Notes under the pieces: model-generated
What the model was told of the DNA's origin: nothing
Databases searched by the model: none
The model's input: only the letters and a program-made list of their open reading frames with translations
Translations under genes and position numbers: made by a program
Shown: piece after piece, positions 57,326-64,000 of the stretch
Layout: every line of letters starts with the position of its first letter
Numbering within the stretch: the first letter of the stretch is position 1
From: the human T2T-CHM13v2.0 reference genome, Homo sapiens
Assembly: GCF_009914755.1 (NCBI RefSeq)
Contig: NC_060930.1
Length of the DNA: 64,000 nucleotides
Strand: one strand, 5' to 3'

Positions 57326-59549
57326 CTAGAATCTCTGTACAGGCTGCTTACAAGACAGTTAAGCCTATTGTGGTTATTTGGCTTGGTGGAACTAGTTTAT
57401 ATATTAAGAAATGTACACTTTGATCCCAGAGTCTGAATAGTTACTTCTAATACCATTTGTTGGCTATCACATAGACACAGACATAAAAACATTTATCCCA
57501 GAGGGCCAAAAGGAGTTTTTCTGAGATGCTGATGTATATTTAGGAGCTAATGGTATATATTTAGAAGGGTCTCTTTCCCAGTTATTTTTATTAGCAATTG
57601 GAATAGTGCCAAAAATCATGAAATGAAAGTAAGCATTTCACTAAAATGACCCAAAAAGCACACCAAATTTGTCTGTAGTCCGAGGAAGGGCTAGCTGTGG
57701 CATATTTATGGCAGCGTTAACCAGAAGCCATAGCTTCTTTGATGACTGCACTCGTCTAAGCACTCTTAATGTGACTCATGGAAACAACAAGCAGTTGTGA
57801 CCATGGCTTCAACAGCTGGGCTTGGAAAACTCCAAGGATCTTATGTGTCAACCAACTCCCAGTCCTTCCTTGTCCTTCCACTTAAGGATCTTCCTGACCT
57901 GGGGCCTTCTACATGCACATTTCTACCCAGCGTATTTCCAAAATTATTCCTTTCATCCCTGAGAGATCTGATTTTTTAAAAAAGTAATCAAAAAATTATT
58001 CTTCATAAATGACTGGATTGTTTTTATTAGCTGGTATATTTAAAAAATATTTTAGAAAAGGGGAACACCATAACATCCGTCTTTGCCCACATCCCATTAG
58101 AAATTCTGAAAGCATAGTGCAATATCAAGGAGCCCGGAGTACTTCTTTTCTTTATGTTTACTACCCCAGTTTTTAATTTGTAAAAGTATTCTGGCTTATT
58201 TGTATGTACAGGAACAGAGAGACTACCATTGCAGAAATTTTGTAAATGGGATGTGATATAGGAAAGCATTCACACCTCTCAGTAAATAGCTCTGAAACTC
58301 TTCTCTTACAGAAAGTCCCTGGATAGCCTTTTGCTAGAACTTTTCGTGTTTGAAAACTTAGTATTTGTCATCTATGTTTCCAAGAGCTATTCAACAAGAA
58401 ATTTCATAGAAATATGCTTTATGTTCTTTGGAGAAAATGATAGATAACTATGTCATTTTGAAATTGACTTTGTTTCCTCCCAGGAGGAAGGGAGGAGCCG
58501 GGCACTTCCCAGTACCAGAAAAACAAGGCAGGCAAGGGCAACAGCAGAGAAGAGGAAAGGAAAAGAGACTGTGTCCTCCTTTCATGAGAAGAAATAGCTC
58601 TTCCTGGGGCCACACAGACCAATAATACTAAAGCTTAAAGGAGGTTGAAAGTGGGAAAGTGCCTCTGCTGCTCAAGACTCCTCATGGCCTTCTGCTGCCA
58701 TGAAGGCCAGCATCTCATGCAGATGTCCAAAAGGCTGCTTTTGGCTGCCACATCTGCAAGCTCAGTTGCTGGACTGTCCAGATCATTCTCTAGGGCAGCC
58801 TAGATGGAAAGGGAAAAATTGAACCAAATTTTATTTTTATGACCATAGAACTTACGTTTTCTCCTCAAGTTTGGAGAAGGAACCAACTAGATCTTACTTA
58901 AAATGCAAGAATACACCCAGTACCATGAGATGAGCTTTTATATTCCAAGACAGAGCCTGGAGCCCATCTTTTTAATTATGTTAAAAGACCCAGAAACTCT
59001 TACTTCATAATGACAATAAGACTGTATTGGAGCTGGAGGATACCTCCAAAACATTAACGCATCAAAGATGGTCATGTATTTGGTTTAATTGAATAAAAGA
59101 AAACGTCATGAAAATCTTTAAGTCAGCTGAACCCGGTTAAATTTTTCAAAATCTTGGAAAATTCTCTTTCATCTACGCTGGTGAGGTTTTTAAACTTTTA
59201 TTTCGGCTTACTAATTTGCTCATCTTTGAAGTGTTGAATTGGAAGCAAACCATTTAGCTTTTGATGATTATTTCCAGAATTTGGAGTCTGATCTCTTGGT
59301 TAATTTGCCTCGTGTTGACATGAAGTGTATTCTAGTGGCATATCATAAGTAAAAGTATAAATGTTCCTTTCTTCATCATCCTGAATCTAAGCAGACTCTA
59401 TGTATGACATGCAGAGTCAATAGCAACAGGACCAGGGATAGGCATTCTCCACTAGTGAGTAATGTATTTCAAACTCCTACACTAGACCTGCCTTCGCACG
59501 TTAATATGTCCTTGGAAACTTTTAATCAAATTATTAAATTCAAGTATAT

Positions 59550-59911
59550 TGTATTAGTCTGCTTAGGCTGCTATATCAAAGTCTGGGTAACTCAAACAAC
59601 TGACATTTATTTCTCATAGTTCTGAAGACTGAAGCATAAGATCCGGGTCTAGCATGGTTGGGTTTTGGTAATGGCCTGCTTCTAATCTTGCAAATGGTTA
59701 CCTTCTTACTGTATCCTAACATGGCACAGAGAGGAAGCTCTGGTGTTTGTTCCTCTTCTTAGAAGGGTATTAATCCCATCATGGAGGCTCTAGCCCTCAT
59801 GACCTCATCTAAACCTTATTACCTCCCAAAGGCCCCTGCTCTTAATACCATCATGCTGCGAGTTAGAAGTTCAGCTCGAGAATTTGAGGGAGACACATTC
59901 AGTCCATAGCA
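59550..59911 (-). mobile_element. MSTD/MLT1A-type MaLR solo LTR
   Basis: 'tgtattagtctgcttaggctgctata...gggagacacattcagtccatagca'. Confidence 0.85.
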
Positions 59912-60564
59912 TAAACAATTACTAATTTCAATTATTAAGTATTGCTTATAGTTAGCTATAGTACGATTTTTTTTGTTTATAAATTTCTTTTATTTGCAAA
60001 TATAATTTAAGCCCCATGAAGTCCTTGTGAAATGTTTATCTTGATCTACATTTTGTAGAGAGGACAACAGCTTGAAGACTAGAGCTTGATGAAACAGCAA
60101 AGTGTCGGAGCCAGTGCTTGCCTTCAAGTTTTGACCATTTCATGCTTTTGTTACACTTCACTTGCAGTGGTGAGAAATAATAATTTTATGTACGCACGTA
60201 TGTAAAGAGGCACTAAAAATACAAAAGCACTAGATTTTTCAAAATCATCATGAAATGGAGAAGGATTTCCTAAAGATGACATAAAACCAAGAATCCAAAA
60301 TGAAAAAAAAGACAAATCTGACTGGATAATAATATTAAAGTTCTATAACGTATAAAATAAATAAGAAATAAGAATATGAAAATCACAGAACAGATAGGAA
60401 ATATTTAAGATGCATATGACAGATGGGGGCTAATTTTCTTAATATACAAAGAGCTATTATAAATCAAGAGCAACAAAAATGATTTAAAAATGAACAAAGA
60501 ACACGAATAAGACATTAACAGAAAGAAATACAAGTATATAAAAGTAAGCTTGCTCTCTCTTACA

Positions 60565-60785
60565 CAAGTTGAGCATTTCTGTTCTGAAAATCTGAATTCA
60601 AAATGCTCCAAAATCCAAGAATTTTTGAGCACTGACGTGACGCCAAAAGTGAAAAATTTTACACCTGATCTTCTATCATGGCTCACAGTCAAAACACAGT
60701 CAAAATTTTGTTTTCTGCACAAAATTATTTAAAATATTGTATAAAATTACCTTCAGGTTGTGTGTATAAGGTGTATATGAAACAG
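60565..60785. mobile_element. MER46/Tigger4-type DNA transposon relic
   Basis: 'caagttgagcatttctgttctgaaaatctgaattcaaaatgctccaaaatcc...tttttgagcactgacgtgacgc'. Confidence 0.7.
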
Positions 60786-61062
60786 AAATCTCAGTTTTCT
60801 TTTCTGAATTTAACTAAGAGTAATACTCAGGTACTTGATATTTGTTTTAAAAACAAATGAATAAATGGGTTAAAAATTGGTAGCTTTGTCCTAAAAACAA
60901 AAACAAAAACAAAAACAAAACTCCTATACATAAATAAGACAGCACAGCCATGTTAGCCAGAGCTGTCCTTCACATCATGTTTTTAGTCACAGGTCTTCAT
61001 AAAATTCTTACTCTTCTCATAAAGAATTTTCTGAGATTGCAAAATGTAAATAGCTTGGTCAG

Positions 61063-61415
61063 TGTATTAGTGCATTTTCATGCTGCTGATAAAGACATAC
61101 CTGAGACTGAGCAATTTACAAAACAAAGAAGTTTAATTGGACTTACAGTTCCACGTGGCTGTGGAAGCCTCACAATCATGGCAGAAGGCATAAAGGAGCA
61201 AGTCATGTCTTACATGGATGGCAGCAGGCAAAAAGAGCTTGTGCAGGGCAACTTTCCTTTTTAAAACCATCATATCTTGTGAGACTTATTTGTTACCACA
61301 AGAAGAGCACAGGAAAAACCTGTTCCCATGATTCAATTACCTCCCACTGGCTTCCTCCAGTAACACGTGGGAATTTAAGATGAGATTTGGGTGGGGACAC
61401 AGCCAAACCATATCA
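61063..61415 (-). mobile_element. THE1B-type solo LTR
   Basis: TSD gtcag at 61058-61062 and 61416-61420; canonical termini. Confidence 0.92.
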
Positions 61416-61977
61416 GTCAGTAACATTTATTCAAAGCCACAAATCATAGAGTAATCCAGGGCAGAAGAAAAGAAAATAGATATAAAGGTTGACCTCAAGG
61501 TTCTTAAGAGCCAACAGGATATCTAAACCTACTGTGAAACATATATGTTAATAGATAGAGATATAAGAATATATGTGCTACGTATAACAAGGTCAAGGTT
61601 TATGGAGTGAAGGACATGAGTGTTGTAGAGGGATAGGGAGGTTGTCAATGCAATAGAATGACCATAGGACCATATCTTCTGACTAAAGTGTGGTTCCTAT
61701 TGGACCTCATGGTGTGCCCACATTTTTTGGCATCTCTCCTAGCTCCCTACCTCTTCGCTCCCGTTGCAATCACATTCATCCATACTTCCTGAGCTGCACA
61801 TGTCTAGATTGAAACAAATGTTTCCATGTAGCAAACACACAGAATTCTCCCATAGGCAAAAAAGTACTGAGGTGTAATTAATGTCTTTTCAGACTATTGT
61901 CTGTATTTCCTTGAGCCCTCAGACTGATTGTCCTGTTCTAGTTCTAAGCCAAGGAGATCAGACTTAGATTAGGTTGA

Positions 61978-62328
<351 letters not shown>

Positions 62329-63346
62329 CCCTCATGTCCTTTCTATGAACCATCACATTTTTCTATGATGGGATATTCTGAGCAAATATGGCATTGTGGA
62401 GAAGAGACTATTTATTATAAGCACTGCATTTGGCTTTGTCCTACAGAAAAGAAATGACCAGAAGAATATAATAATTAGGTCAGAATGTCTTGTGATCAAA
62501 GTTGCATTATTGATACTTAGGACAACACCAAATCTTTGAACTAAGAAACTAGTTCATAGATTCAATGTCTATGACTAACTGTATTGCATCAACACCAATT
62601 AGTCATCTAACTTACTTTATTAAATGGGTCAGAAATGAAATATAAACAAAAGAAACATTTTTTAACTGTAAAACACCATGAAAACCACAAGTCAGCCTGT
62701 GATTCTCTTGGTAAACAAGGCAAAGACATTTTTTTCTTTTCTTTTTTAATATTTTGCCGGAGGGAATCCTAAGAGGTCATCTACTTCATTCTTTTTCTTT
62801 CAAGCAAGACCCATTCTAGCTATCTCTAAATAATAGAGAAGTCTTATCATATCTTATTCTTTTTTTATTAATTTATTTAGCTAAAAAGTTTTGGAGCATC
62901 TACTAAATGGCAGGCATGCTACTAGGATTGGAGCTAACAAGATAAAAAGAAAAGGAAAACATGATGTTTACCCATGAGGAAGTAGTTTAGTTAGGAAAGA
63001 CTGGCTTGGGTACTTAAATTCCTTAAGCAAAATGGGGAAAGCAAGAGGATGCATAAGTTTGAGGGAGAAGAAAACATGTGGGTTTAATGGTATTGGGCTT
63101 GAGGCGCCCATGGAGGGGCCAGTAGGCTATGTGGGCCTGGAGAAGTTCTGATCTAAAAATACAGATATAGGAGTCACTTTCAACAGGGTTCTTAAAGCTG
63201 TGAGGATAGGAAAACCACATAAGAAGCCCACCTAGAATGAAAACCAGTCTTAGCAAAGGTGCTTCTTAGAAACCCAATTCAGCATTGTTATTATTCTGAC
63301 AGTCCTGGTTACCTACCCATGTCTATCATCACTCTTTTAAGAATCA

Positions 63347-63998
<652 letters not shown>

Positions 63999-64000
63999 GT

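Overview
This is hominid, most likely human, nuclear DNA: AT-rich, dense in transposable elements, and intergenic or intronic. I recognise no host protein-coding exon, and all long ORFs are L1, SVA, Alu or LTR derived. Main contents: (1) a CpG-rich promoter/enhancer-like element at about 9.55-10.4 kb; (2) a full-length, TSD-flanked, ORF-dead L1PA5-like element (42417-48749) with a ~190-bp mitochondrial D-loop fragment (NUMT) inserted in its 5'UTR. One NUMT end falls at the 7S-DNA termination point and the other has a fold-back junction; (3) a full-length young SVA on the minus strand with a 37-bp 3' transduction; (4) a young ACG/G-type truncated L1 and an internally deleted L1PA7; (5) about 11 Alu or monomer copies and several MaLR/ERV solo LTRs, some with intact 5-bp TSDs; (6) two non-TE hairpins, one apparently built by local template switching from a donor 600 bp upstream. 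Subfamily calls and mtDNA coordinates come from recalled consensus sequences and need RepeatMasker/BLAST confirmation.
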